Positions 1 to 13,554 of a stretch of 64,000 nt of DNA are shown here, piece after piece; the stretch's first letter is position 1; every line of letters begins with the position of its first letter. Source of the stretch: Lingula anatina (taxonomy: Eukaryota; Animalia; Brachiopoda); contig CM120647.1 in assembly GCA_051362555.1 (NCBI GenBank), forward strand, positions 682,001-746,000, written 5' to 3'. A program made the position numbers and the translations under genes. Under the pieces are notes generated by a model. The model saw only the letters and a program-made list of their open reading frames with translations, made no database searches and was not told the DNA's origin.

Positions 1-227
1 GAGAAATATGGACATGGTTTGGATTTTGTTGATTTTGTTTGATTTTTTAATTTGATTAATAAAGCACAATATATGACTGTAATCTCTTGTTTGTTGTTGA
101 TAAACAGATTTAACAATATTTTTTTGGCACGTCTTTAAATGTAACTCAGAACCTGTCTTTGTAGAATTAATATTACTGATTGAAAAATGAGTGAATAAAA
201 TATAAATTGTTATAAAATATTTAAATT

Positions 228-619
228 AGTGTGCAAGAAAGTATGCACAAAGTGCCCAGGAGGTGTGCAAGAAGTGCACAAGAGGTGTGCAAAAAGTACG
301 CAGGAGGTGTGCAAGACGTATGCAGGAGGTGTGCAAGATGTGTGCAGGAAGTGTGCAAAAAGTACGCAGAAGGTATGCAAGAAGTACGCAGAAGGTATGC
401 AAGAAATACGCAGGAGGTATGCAAGAGGTATGCAAGAAGTGAGCTGGTTGTGGTGTAGGGGGTATGCAGTTAGTGTGCAGGAGATGTGCAAGGAGTGTGC
501 AGGAGGTGCGTATTTTACCATGCAAATGAGGCGTGCTGCACATCCGCAGAAACCCTTACTGTGAATCTGCTGCGCATCCGCAGAAACAGTGTGGGAGAAG
601 CATAAAATTTTGCTACGGG
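228..619. repeat. Degenerate ~11-bp tandem repeat (gtgtgcaagaa/gtatgcaagaa/gtgtgcaggag), probably the subterminal array and right end of a CCC..GGG non-autonomous DNA transposon
   Basis: Periodic sequence explains the overlapping low-complexity ORFs in several frames. It ends in tttgctacggg (619), similar in style to the element at 37382-37877. No left end seen. Confidence 0.55.
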
Positions 620-1392
620 ATGTCAGGTGAGAGGCAATACGTGTATAAAGAAAACAAATCTATCAATTTGATTGCCATTTCAGTCGATTTCTATATAGCA
701 AGAGTACACAAGTTGTGTTTAAGAAGTTGGTTCAATCAACTAAGACCTGCCAAATCAAAATAATTTTTGTAACACCGATCAAAATTTTAAATACTGCTGC
801 CCTTTGATTAGATTTTGCAGCGGCCATTTACACTACAGTTTAACGAAACTGAGGGTCAGTGTAACAGAAAATACACCCACCATTTAGTTATAATGGTTAG
901 GGTTAGCCTGACCTAAGGGGGTCAAAATCGATGGCGAGGCTTACCTGTACAAATGGATGGGGAGTTGACTCTCTTTCTGATTACACTGTTAATTGCAGGT
1001 TTTTTTATGAATCCTTTTCTAGACTTGGCAACACACGATAACACACAAATAAACACAGCTTGGTGATGCAATATTTCAGTAATATATCCCACAGGAAAAG
1101 GAAATTATTAAATGTTTGATTGGATAAAAGAAACAAAGATACATTAAAAACAGCCTGTCAGTGTAATGCATTATGCCAATTTATATCAGCTTATTGTCAG
1201 GCGTACCATGTATGCATAAATTCCCACCATTATCTAGGATGAAATAAGCTGATCTCGTGCATCGCATTAATATTAATGGTATTAAGTATGACAATAGAAA
1301 ATGTTAAATTGATCTCTCGCCTTTGTAAGTCTTATATAACAAGAAAGTATAACTCATAATAGCCAAGTCTAATGTGTTCCTATCTATCCTAG

Positions 1393-1662
1393 TTCCCTCA
1401 CAGCCGTCTATGGGTAACATTGATACTACACCTGTTTCAATCACTCTCAAATGGAGTAGAAAGGAAGATGAACCAAATGTGACCGAAGCAATAGTCACAT
1501 ATTGGCAACCTGGATTGACACAGCAAACAAAACGTATATCTACCAGAGATCCCCAGCAGCTTCTTATATCTTCCTTGAAACCCAACACACGCATTGAAGG
1601 CTATGTTGAACTGGTGTGCGGTGATAAAACAAGCGACAAGACACATTGGTCTGCGAAGACAG
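1393..1662 (+). CDS. Internal exon encoding one fibronectin type III domain (first exon seen of a multi-FN3 gene)
   Basis: Acceptor tatcctag|, donor ACAG|gtatgg, 270 nt, phase 1-1. Translation has FN3 motifs SITLKW and ISSLKPNT. Confidence 0.8.
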
Positions 1663-2186
1663 GTATGGCATTGTAGGGGATGATGTAAGATTTCATTTAT
1701 GTTTTAACGAAATATCTCCTTAGCAAGTGTTTTCAGTTTGCAGCAAACCAAACAGTTCGCAAGTAACTGTTTGTATGTTGCAGAAAGAAGAATTACATAT
1801 AAATATGGAGAAAGATTTGCAGGAAGATTTAACGTTTGCGAGAAGTTTGCAAAAAAGTCTGCAGACCTCATTTGCATGGCAAAATATCTTCTTGCAGATT
1901 TGCACAAAAATTGCAGCAAATATGATTTTTTCTATTGGAATTATGTTTTTTTATTCAAATTTAGAACAGTTATATTACATAATATGTTTATTTTTCCTTA
2001 AAATAATTTATTGTTGCGTTTTATTCTTCAGGAGCTTATAAAGTTTCCAGGTACATATTGTATGGTTATTGTTAAATGACATGTGCCGCACGATGTACTG
2101 TAATGATATTTTCTTATTAAGATTTTTCTTAAACCTAAGCTATATCGGTTTGGCAAAATGATCAGTTTTGAATATGCTTTTCTCAG

Positions 2187-2459
2187 AACCCATGAAAACT
2201 GGACCGGTCCATGTTGTTGGTATAACTGAATCTACGGCACAATTGTCTTGGGCAAAAGTCGATACTTTAGGAACCATACAGTACTGCGTTTACTATAAAG
2301 ATAAGTCATCAACATCCGCAAAGTGGTTCAGAAAGGTCATAAATGTACTTAGCCTTAATCTAACAGACTTGACACCTGGAACAGAATACACAGTGATGAT
2401 ATCAGTTCTGGTGGACGGTGATGATTCTGGACACGGAACCACTGTGGAATTCGCGACAC
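2187..2459 (+). CDS. Internal exon encoding one fibronectin type III domain
   Basis: Acceptor ttttctcag|, donor ACAC|gtaagt, 273 nt, phase 1-1. Motifs ITESTAQLSW and LTDLTPGTEYTV. Confidence 0.88.
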
Positions 2460-5264
2460 GTAAGTGTTTAGATCCCAGTAGCAAATTGTTCAAAGGCATT
2501 TTTTATGTACAGACACAGATGTGTCTGTACATATAGCCATCATCTGCGTCTGTCGTCGCCGTCGCTGTCGCCGTCGTTGCCGTGCACTTTTACCGATAAC
2601 ACGATAAGTGGAAAACTGTTTTTTCTTTTGGCTTGAAACTTACAGAACTGATGAATATTTGTAATACGCAGGTCAAGTTCGAAAATCAGCATGATCGGGT
2701 CACTTATAGGGAATTTATGCTGTTTTTATGTACAGACGCTGATGATGTACAGTCATCAGCGTCTGTCGTTGCCGTCGCCGTCGTTGCCGTCGTCGCCGTG
2801 CACTTTTACCGATAACACGATAAGTGGAAAACTGTTTTTTATTTTTGTTTGAAACTTACAGAACTGATGAATATTCATAATACGCAGGTCGAGTTCGAAA
2901 ATCAGCATGATCAGGTCACTTATATTGAATTTATGCTGTTTTTTCACTTTTTTCAGCATATATGCAGCACCGATAACACGATAAGTGGAAAACCATTTTA
3001 CCTTTTGACTTGAAACTTACAGAACTGATGAATATTCATAATACGCAGGTCGAGTTCGAAAATCAGCATGATTGGGTCATTTTTAGTGAATTTAGGCTAT
3101 TTTTTCTCTTTTTTCAGCATATGTGCAGCACCGATAACACGATAAGTGGAAAACCATTTTACCTTTCGGCTTGAAACTTACAGAACTGATAAATATTCAT
3201 AATACGCAGGTCAAGTTTAAAAATCAGCACGATCGGGTCATTTATAGGGAATTTATGCTGTTTTTTCACTTTTTTCAGTATATATGCAACACTGATAACA
3301 CAATATAAGAAAAACAGATTGGCCAATTGTCATGAAACTCACAGGAGGGGCCAATCTTACTAAAACGCAGGTTGAGTTTGAAAATCAGCATAATCAGTCC
3401 ATTATTTTAGAAGTTATGCTGTTTTTTCACATTTCCTCACATTCAATTCTTAGACATGTTAACAGTCTCATTATTGAACTAATAAGATACGTAAAAGTGT
3501 TTGTTTGACATTTCCTGCATCTTTACAACATTGTTAGTTGATTTTTTAAAAATGATGGTAAACTTGTTATCATGTATTGTGTAATAAAGTGTCAAAAATG
3601 GAAATAAACAAATATCATTGCAGTTTGTCAGATGCATTCATCCACTATGTTCAGAATCTCAGAATGCAGGAAGTTGGACATTTAACACTGTTCTATTGAT
3701 ACTTTTCCCATCTCATCAATTTTCTTCATTGGTCATATAAAAATGGCAGTAAACTGTTTATTTTGTTTTATGTTAAAAAAGTGTTAAAAATGGAAATAAA
3801 CCCATTTCAGAACAGTGCTGTCTTGTTTACATTTTGGCATTTTCAATATGTGACTTTGAAGTTCCATGGGCCTGAAGACTTTTGCTTGTCACATTTTCTG
3901 AATAACCATGATACTAATATTTTATAATTAAAAATTGATGGTCATTATGCTGTAAAACATTATGTAATATTGCATCAAAATGTGAAGAAACCCCTATTTT
4001 GGGCACTGCTCCCATGATGACCATTTAAGGAAAATCATGTCACTTACTGTTCTCAAACTTACAGGAAAGAGACATGGGACTAAAATACAGCTTCAGTAGG
4101 CAATGCAGTCTGTTTGGTAAATTTTTCTGGCAATTAAACAGTTTTTTTGTGAAAATTTAATTTTTCACATATTGGCATTTCCAAGGTGTGACTTAGAACC
4201 TCCACGGGCTTGAAGACCCATGCTAGTCACATTTTGTGAAAATCCATGACACTTATATTTTATTATTAATAATCGATGGTCATTATGCTGTTAAGCATTA
4301 TGTAATGTTGCATCAAAATAGAAGAAAACACAATTTTTGGTGCTGCTGCCTTGATGACCATTATGGGAAAACCGTGTTACTTATGACTGTCAAACTTTCA
4401 AAAAAGAAACACAGGACTAAAATGCAGCCTGAGTTAGAAAAGCAGTCTAATTGGCTTCTTTTTCTGGAAGTTATACATTTTAGTGTAATATTCATTATCT
4501 TTTTGGCATATTCATTGTGGGACTCGGAGCTTCCATGGACATGAAGCCAAATGGTAATCATATTTTCTACATGTCCATCCTATTTATAGTCAATAAACAA
4601 AAATTGGTGATAATTATTCTCTAATTTATTATGTAATGTTACATCAAAATTGACAACAATCTTTTTGCACTGCTACTGCAAACATTATGAAAAGAAAACT
4701 GTGCCACTTATTATAATTTTAAACTTACAAGTACGATTTTTAGGATTGGCCTTCAGCTCATGAGAAAACCAGCTCTATTGGATTATCATGTTTATTGTAT
4801 TTATGCATTTTTTGTGAAATTTTCATTTTTCTCATTCTGGCACTTTCTAAGTATAAACTTGAACTCTGATGGGCCTGGAGCCTTATGCTTTTACTTTCGT
4901 CTGTGTTACCTGTTGTGCATAAGTTGATGTTGACTGTGCAGTTAAACATAATGTATTATTGCATCAGGATTGGTAGTCTCCTATTTTGGGCATTATGGTT
5001 TTGTGCTTTTCTTAAGGTGTGACTTATGGGCCTAAAGACCTTTGAGTGGGTCAGTCTGTAAATTACCCTTGGGTATCACTAGATTAATTTCAGAGTTATA
5101 AAGTCATTTGCTTTAATAGGCCATTAAATGAGATTATGTAAAGCACACTTGTTGATATTTCCCTGTAAACTCCCAAAGGTAAAGCTCTCTGCTAGATTAA
5201 TAATAAGGAAGCAGTGATAATTATGCAGGTAAATTTTGTTTAATATTGCAAATAAGTTTAAAAA

Positions 5265-5272
<8 letters not shown>

Positions 5273-5322
<50 letters not shown>
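5273..5322. repeat. (AT)n microsatellite following an A run
   Basis: Direct read. A similar A-run plus (AT)n lies at 59434-59512. Confidence 0.9.
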
Positions 5323-5324
<2 letters not shown>

Positions 5325-5369
5325 AACTGGAAGATTAAAAGTTTGAATAGCATCTTCATTGGAATTATA

Positions 5370-5607
5370 TTTACCTCAAGCTCTGCCAAGGAGGTTATAT
5401 TTTCACCCCTGTTTGTCTGTCATCCACATAACACAAAAAAGTTATGGACCGATTTTGCAGAAATTTTCAGGAACTGTCGGAAGTGGGCCAAAGAGGACAA
5501 TGATTAATTTTTGGTGGTGGTCCGGATCAATAATCAATCAATTATCAATAATAATCAACAATTGCTGCCTTGGCAGAGGTCTGCACTCTCAAAGTGCTTT
5601 TCTAGTT
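5370..5607 (+). mobile_element. Short HINE/DINE-like element, family B (ttacctc.gccaaggaggttat..ccttggcagaggtctgcactct..tgcttttctagtt)
   Basis: Related copies at 55546-55765 (+) and ~44385-44548 (-). Has a 5' hairpin, gtct microsatellite, 3' subterminal IR and CTAGTT end. Confidence 0.7.
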
Positions 5608-7899
5608 TTGTTGTTTTCCTTTATAATTTTTTTCTCAAACACTTGCATTTGTGACTTTTAACTCTCATCTGCCTGGGGCTCTGCACATTTTCTGTATTTC
5701 TACATAAGCAGTTGTATTGTTTTTTATGTCTTAAAACATTATGTAATATTATTTTATGCACTGTCATCATTTTTCAAATATTGAGACTTTCATAATGTGA
5801 ATTTGAACTCTCATGGTCCTGAAACTGTAATCTTATTGAAGGGGTGGATTGAGACCATCTTCTGGATCTTCCGGAAGACAGTCAGGTTATTAAGTTTATA
5901 TTGACTGGTATCTATTTTTTTCTGTTGGAAGACCATCAAAATGGAGGATGGATCAACATAGATACTTTGTAATACTGTCAGAAAATATCTCTGGGTCTGC
6001 TCCTGTTATTGACCATGTTACCTGTTGTGCAAGATTAAAATTCAGTGTTGACTGACAGTGCTATTATAAGCATTATTTATTATTGCATCAAAATTGACAA
6101 AATGACCTTTTTTGCATCTTTATTTTCTGTTTTTTGTCTGTACATTTGACAGCTTTGCTGCCTTGTTTCACTTTTTTCAGCATAAATGCAGCACCGATAA
6201 CACGATAAGTGGAAAACCATTTTACGTTTTGGCTTGAAACTTACAGAACTGATGAATATTCATAATACGCAGGTCAAGTTCGAAAATCAGCATGATCGGG
6301 TCCCTTATAGGGAATTTATGCTGTTTTTTCACTTTTTTCAGCATATATGCAGCACCGATAACACAATTAGTGGAAAACCATTTTACCTTTTGGCTTGAAA
6401 CTTACAGAACTGATGAATATTCATAACACGCAGGTCAAGTTCGAAAATCAGCGTGATTGGGTCATTTTTAATGAATTTAGGCTATTTTTTCTCTTTTTTC
6501 AGCATATATGCAGCACCGATAACACCATAAATGGAAAACCATTTTACCTTTTGGCTTGAAACTTACAGAACTGATGAATATTCATAATACGCAGGTTAAG
6601 TTCGAAAATCAGCATGATCGGGCCATTTTTAGGGAAGTTATGCTGTTTTTTCACTTCTTTCAACATATATGCATAGCTAATAATACAATATAAGAAAAAC
6701 AGATAGGCCAATTGTCATTATACTCACAGGAGTAGTCAAACTAACTAAAACGCAGGTTGAGTTCCAAAATCAGCATAATCGGGACATTCTTTTAGAAGTT
6801 ATGCTGTTTTTTCACATTTCCTCAGATTCAATTCTTAGGCATGTTAACAGTCTCATTATTGAACTAATAAGATATGTAAAAGTGTTTGTTTGACATTTCC
6901 TGCATCTTAATAACATTGTTAGTTGATTATGTAAAAATGATGGTAAACTTGTTATTGTGTATTATGTTATAAAGTGTCAAAAATGGAAATAAACAAATAT
7001 CATTGCAGTTTGTCAGATTCAATCATCTACAAAATTCATTATCTCAGAATGGAGGAAATCGGACATTTAACACTGTTCTATTGATATTTTTCCCGTCTCA
7101 TCAATTTTCCTAGTTGATCATATACAAATGATAGAAAACTGTTTATTTTGTTTTATGTTAAAAAAGTGTTTTAAAAATGGAAGTAAACCCATTGCAGAAC
7201 AGTGCTGTCTTGTTTCAGCATATATGCAGCACCGATAACACGATAAGTGGAAAACCATTTTACCTTTTCCCTTGAAACTTACAAAACTGATGAATATTCA
7301 TAATACGCAGGTCAAGTTCGAAAATCAGCATGATCGGGTCACTTTTAGGGAATTTATGCTGTTTTTTCACTTTTTTCAGCATATATGCAACACCGATAAC
7401 ACGATAAGTGAAAAACCATTTTACCTTTTGGCTTGAAAGTTACAGAACTGATGAATATTCATAATACGCTGGTCAAGTTCGAAAATCAGCATGATCGGGT
7501 CATTTTTATGTACAGACACAGATGTGTCTGTACATATTGCCATCACCTGCGTCTGTCGTCGCCGTCGCCGATCATGTCGCCGTCGCCGTCGCCGTGCACT
7601 TTCAGCGTTAACACCATAAGTGGAAGACAGTTTTACTTTTTGGCTTTATATTTACAGAGCTGATGAATATTCATAAAACACAGGTCAAGTTCGAAAATCA
7701 GCATGATCGGGCCATTATTGTAGAATTTATGCTGTTTTTTCACTTTTCAGCATATATGCAACACTGTTAACACATTTCAAGGAAAACTGATAGGCCTGTT
7801 GTCATGAAACTCACAGGAGTAATCAATCTTACTAAAACGCAGGTCAAGTTCGAAAATCAGCATAATTGGACCATTATTTTATAAGTTATGCTGTTTTTT

Positions 7900-9100
7900 C
7901 ACATATCCTCAGATTCAATTCTTAGGCATGTTAACAGTCTAATTATTCAATTAATAAGATATGTAAAAGTGTTTGTTTGACATTTCCTGCATCTTTACAA
8001 CATTGTTAGTTGATTACGTAAAAATGATGGTAAACTTGTAATCGTGTATTTTGTAATAAGGTGTCAAAAATGGAAATAAACTCATATCATTGCAGTTTGT
8101 AAGATTCAATCATTCACTATGTTCAGAAACTCAGAATGGAGGAAATTGGACATTTGACACTGTTCTATTGATATTTTTCACATCTCATCAATTTTCTTAG
8201 TTGATCATACAAAAATGGCAGTAAACTGTTAATTTTGTTTTATGTTAAAAAAGTGTTAAAAATGGAAATAAACCCATTTCAGAATAGTGCTGTCTTGTTT
8301 CACATTTCCTCAGATTCAATTCTTAGGCATGTTAACAGTCTCATTATTCAATTAATAAGATATGTAAAAGTGTTTGTTTGACATTTCCTGCATCTTTACA
8401 ACATTGTTAGTTGATTACGTAAAAATGATGGTAAACTTGTAATCGTGTATTGTGTTATAAGGTGTCAAAAATGGAAATAAACTCATATCATTGCAGTTTG
8501 TAAGATTCAATCATTCACTATGTTCAGAAACTCAGAATGGAGGAAATTGGACATTTGACACTGTTCTATTGATATTTTTCACATCTCATCAATTTTCTTA
8601 GTTGATCATATAAAAATGGCAGTAAACTGTTAATTTTGTTTTATGTTAAAAAAGTGTTAAAAATGGAAATAAACCCATTTCAGAATAGTGCTGTCTTGTT
8701 TCACATTTCCTCAGATTCAATTCTTAGGCATGTTAACAGTCTCATTATTTAATTAATAAGATATGTAAAAGTGTTTGTTTGACATTTCCTGCATCTTTAC
8801 AACATTGTTAGATGATTACGTAAAAATGATGGTAAACTTGTAATCGTGTATTGTGTAATAAGGTGTCAAAAATGGAAATAAACTCATATCATTGCAATTT
8901 GTAAGATTCAATCATTCACTATGTTCAGAAACTCAGAATGGAGGAAATTGGACATTTAACACTGTTCTATTCATACTTTTCCCATCTTATCAATTTTCTT
9001 AGTTGGTCATATAAAAATGGCAATAAAATGTTTATTTTGTTTTATGTTAAAAAAGTGTTAAAATGGAAATAAACCCATTTCAGAACGGTGCTGTCATGTT
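7900..9100 (+). repeat. Three tandem copies of a 401-bp internal segment of HINE family A
   Basis: caca(t/a)tcctcagattcaattcttagg recurs at 7900, 8301 and 8702. Confidence 0.85.
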
Positions 9101-10878
9101 TACATTTTGGCATTTTCAAGATGTGACTTTGAAGTTCCATGGACCTGAAGACCTTTGCTAGTCACATTTTCTGAATATCCGTGATACTAATATTTTATAA
9201 TTAAAAATTGATGGTCATTATGCTGTTAAACATTATGTAATGTTGAAGAAACCCTTATTTTGGGCACTGCTCCCATGATGACCATTTAAGGAAAATCATG
9301 TCACTTACTGTTCTCAAACTTACAGGAAAGAAACATGGGACTAAAATACAGCTTCAGTAGGCAATGCAGTCTGTTTGGTATTTGTTATTTATTTATTTAT
9401 TTATTTATTTATTTTTTTTTTTTTTGGCAGTTAAACAGTTTTTTGTGAAAATTTAATTTTTCACATATTGGCAATTTCAAGGTGTTACTTTAAAGTTCCA
9501 TGATCTTGAAGACTTTTGCTTGTCACATTTTCTGAATGTCCATGTTACTAATATTTTATTAATAACATTTGATTGTCATTATGCTGTCAAACATTATGTA
9601 ATGTTGCATCAAAATTTGAAGAAACCCCTATTTTGGGCACTGCTCCTATGATGACCATTTAAGGGAAATCATGTCACTTACTGTTCTCAAACTTACAGGA
9701 AAGAAACATGGGTCTAACATACAGCTTCAATAGGCAACGCAGTCTGTTTGGTAAATTTTTCTTGCAATTTAACAGTTTTTTGTGAAAATTTAATTTTTCA
9801 CTTATTTGCATCTTTATTTTCTGTTCTTTGTCTGTACATTTGACAGCTTTGCTGCCTTGTTCTTGTTTTTCTGTCTAGTTCTTGCAACATGTTGTAACAG
9901 TTGTAATCATTTTTCAATGGATCCATGAAGTTTTCTGCCCATTTTTGGGTTTGCTCCATTCAAAAATCCATTGAAGTTATCATACCACTTGGCAGGTGGA
10001 ATGAGTGATTTGTTTTCTGCTGACTTTCTTAATCTCTTGAAATTCCCATAGAACATTTTAGGATCATTACTGGCAACAATAATCTTGTCCCTTTTTTGTT
10101 CTGTAAGTATGCTTTCTTATCATGAATTAAAATGTTTTTCTCCCAATATAAGTTGTGTTGTTTATCAGGTTAGCCATCCTTCACACTTCATTTAGTTTTC
10201 TATTTTTCTCCATCGTAGCCTGTTGACAATCAGCATCCTAGCAGTTCAGTTGAGATATGACACTCTTAGTTTGATTGCATACAATATTCTCTCAACAACT
10301 GCTCTGTAAAATACCTTATTGCAATGCATCCATTGATATCATTTCAATGATAGCGAGAGCTGTTCACTTCCCGCTATCATATTATATCAGTAACCTCACC
10401 TAGTAGATTTAAAAGTTTCAGCCTTTTCAATATCCCATTTGGATATTTATCCCTCTGCTACTGCACTCATGTGTTCTGACTGCTCATCCTTATTTTTCAC
10501 ATTTCACCATATATGGTAATGGGAAGTGAGCTGAAAAACCTTGGTGAAGTACATCATCATATAATGTAATTTTTTGGGGTAACTTTGAACTTACCAAAAT
10601 GTTACGTACAATGGCACGCAGCCTCGTTATTTGTTACACATGCGCAGTTCCCTTCTTCGATCATCATCACAAATAATACCATTTAGAAAATGCACACTAC
10701 ACACAGGAGTTAATTACCTAGCTTTGTTAGTGTGAATGAGAAAGTAATGTTCAAGCAATGCATGCGTAAATGAATGTGTTATTTAATTATCACGATGCTT
10801 TTTCCTATTTGCAGTGTGATGCAATATAACAAATCTGTCCTGATTTGGTGAACACATTATATCTTTTCACTGCTACAG

Positions 10879-11145
10879 GGCCAGTCAAACCGACAGATGT
10901 GAAGGTTATGGATCAGCCATCTCCAGAAGCAGCCGCCATTCAGTGGGAGCCTCCTGCATGCCATGTAGATCACTACCGGCTTGAATACAAAGCAGATAAA
11001 GGGCAGCCAGTGATTTACAACATACCTAACACGGAATCGACCTGTACGTTATCTGGTCTTATCCCTGGAACTGAGTATACCGTTTCCCTATGCTGCATAA
11101 GCCACAGAAAAGAGAGTGAAAAATACATGTTCACATTTACAACAG
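10879..11145 (+). CDS. Internal exon encoding one fibronectin type III domain
   Basis: Acceptor gctacag|, donor ACAG|gtatgt, 267 nt, phase 1-1. Motifs IQWEPP, YRLEY and LSGLIPGTEYTV. Confidence 0.88.
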
Positions 11146-11193
11146 GTATGTTGCAGTTATTCCAAACATATCCAATTGCAAAGTAACACACGT

Positions 11194-11910
11194 TTTTATG
11201 TAGGCCTACAGACACAGATGTGTCTCTACATATAGTCGTCACCTGCATCTGTCGTCGCCGTCGTTGAACCAATGAAGCTGATTTTAACACTCAACCTGTA
11301 TTTTAGTAAGATTGAGACGATATACTTATTTTATTACTTTCCCTTGAAGTGCGTTATCAGTGTTGCATATATGCTGAAGAAAGCAACAACAACAACAGCA
11401 TTACTTTTAAAAAATGATTTTCCAACTTGACCTGCGTATTATAAATATTCATCAATTCTGTAAGTTTCAAGTCCACTTATCATGTTATTAGTATTGCATA
11501 TATGCTGGAAAAAGTGAAAAAAAAAAAAAAAGCATAAGTTATGCCATAACTTTTAGGAATATGGCCCAATCATGCTGATTTTCGAACTTGACCTGCATAT
11601 TATGAAAATTCATCAGTTCTGTTAGTTTCAAGCCAAAAAGTAAAATGGTTTTCCACTTATCGTGTTATCGGTGAAAGATAATGAATGTCTAAATTATTAG
11701 TGTCACATAATTAATAATCAGTGATAATTATGCAGATAAATTTTGTTTCATATTGCAAAGTTTACAGAAGAAAAAACGTCACTGTATAATGCCAACATTA
11801 ATGGTGTAGATGAATAACAGTGCTTTATTATCCTCAAACTCAATGGGGTTATTGATATCATGTTAATACAGCTGGATTTAAGTTTGAATAGCAACTTTAT
11901 TGAAATATTT
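11194..11910. mobile_element. Rearranged HINE family A fragments
   Basis: 5' head at 11194 (+) followed by 161-bp units in reverse orientation, then a forward internal piece. Confidence 0.7.
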
Positions 11911-13550
11911 GTACCACCAGCGTAGGCGCTGGCCGTACACAAGGCTTTAGTCCCGATCGGCCTGTTCTGCCGGCTACGCTGCCATGTCATCGTTACCACT
12001 TCTCCTCCTAGACGGTGAGGGCCCCCGTACCCATCTCTTGGATTTAGGTCACCTATAATCTCAACTCGTTCCATGTAAAATTTGGGCTTCATCTGTATTG
12101 GGGTGGAGGTGTGGTGCTCATTGCAATGCACCCTTGTCCAAAAATGGCAAAATTAAATGCTAATTATCTACCCTACCGAAGGAATTATGGGAAAAATTTC
12201 TACAGACGGCTGACCGAAAGTCATGTGGAGATTTCAATATGCCCTTGGATTTGACCTTTGACCTTTGTTTCAAGGTCAAACGGGCCAAAATTTTCAAAAA
12301 AAAATTAAATTGCGCTGATATTCCGAAACTACACAGACCTATCCTATAATATTATTGGCAGGTGTTACCCATCACCTCATCTTTCACTTCCGTGAGTTTG
12401 GGGTCATTCGTTGCATTTTCATGGGAGTAGCAGCCATAAGATACCGAAACTGAAAACTGTCTCTAATGTTCAGGTGAGCTGAAAAGCTGGCTCAAGTTTA
12501 CCTTATAGCAAAACGAGCATAACTTGGAAATTAATGGAGGTAACTTGCTGAAATTTCCTGAATAGAAAGTTACTGCAATTGACATCATCTCTGTGAATTT
12601 TCAGGCAAATGTATGGAGAAATAAAAAATAAATGTGCATAAGATAATTCAACTTTGTTTTATTTCACCCATTACCGAATGAAAATGTAGTTTTTAACCGG
12701 TCATAACTTTTGATACTGCATGTTGAATTTAAATGTAATTATATTTTCATTTAGCTTGAAATATTGGCTTTTTAAAAATGTATACTTTGTATTGGTAATA
12801 AAGGCAAACAAATAAATTATGGCCAATTTACTGAGGTGACCCAGCTTTTCAAGGCTAGCTCACAGAATTAATTGGGCACAGCAGAACTTTATGGGTCAGC
12901 ATTAACCGGATCCTATGGGGTTAACATCAAATTTCACAAAAAATCATAAAATGAGAACAAAATACATTCTACCAAAATATGCAGTTTCAAGTCCAAAATT
13001 AGTACTTAGTGGCATAGCCATGTGACCTAATAATAGGTGCCAGTCTACGAGGCAAGGATTCATATAATAGAGGCTGTACGGGTTCTCAACGAGAAGACCA
13101 AGTTTCCCCGTGATTTTACGAGATCTGCCTTGAGGTGGGGTTAAAATATGGAGACCACAAAAGCAGCGATTTCTTTACTTAAAAAATAGTTGAACTTACA
13201 CATTTTTTGAGCTACAGGCTTGTTCTTTTTTCACTTTATAAAGAAAAAGTATTGATATAATATGTACATACACCTGACATGTTGAACTTGCCAAGTAAGC
13301 TAAGAGCCGATGACGCTTGCAAAGCAAAATTCGTCCGGAGGACGTGCTACGCAGCAAAGGTCGCGTTAAACAGGCTACATCACCAGATGCTTGTGGTACA
13401 GGAAAATGACATAAGTGACCATGCCCGTTGATACGCATGCCTTTTAGATGAAAGTGGCTAGGATTGAATGGGAATCGGACGGATGATGCCCCGGCAGCTT
13501 CCAATTATTCTGTGGCCAATGTTAAACTTTGCCAGGTAAGGAAATATTTC
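11911..13550. repeat. Probable unclassified interspersed element
   Basis: Abrupt compositional change, GC-richer ends, hairpin ccagcgtaggcgctgg near the left end and an internal ttgacctttgacctt..aaggtcaa palindrome. No second copy, TIR or TSD found. Confidence 0.35.
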
Positions 13551-13554
13551 TTAA

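Larger units (their letters stand above)
2501..9861 (+). mobile_element. Nested cluster of Helentron-associated non-autonomous elements (HINE/DINE-1-like), family A
   Basis: 5' heads ttttatgtacagacacagatgtgtctgtaca (hairpin) followed by a (gtc/gcc) microsatellite at 2501, 2724 and 7503. Contains 161-bp tandem units. 3' ends tgtctgtacatttgacagctttgctgccttgtt (subterminal IR plus stem-loop) at 6167 and 9861. Inserted in T runs without TSD. Confidence 0.8.

Noticed and set aside
210-564. Cys/His-rich ORFs in several frames (metallothionein-like look)
   Set aside because: They are translations of an 11-bp tandem repeat that is open on both strands, with no splice or gene context.
1715-1940. Possible CCC-type MITE with ttgca repeats in FN3 intron 1
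   Set aside because: The termini match each other only weakly and no TSD can be identified.
2633-2959. Recurring short ORFs (MNIHNTQVKFENQHD-like) throughout the window
   Set aside because: Chance translations of the 161-bp HINE unit, with stops and frames not conserved among copies.
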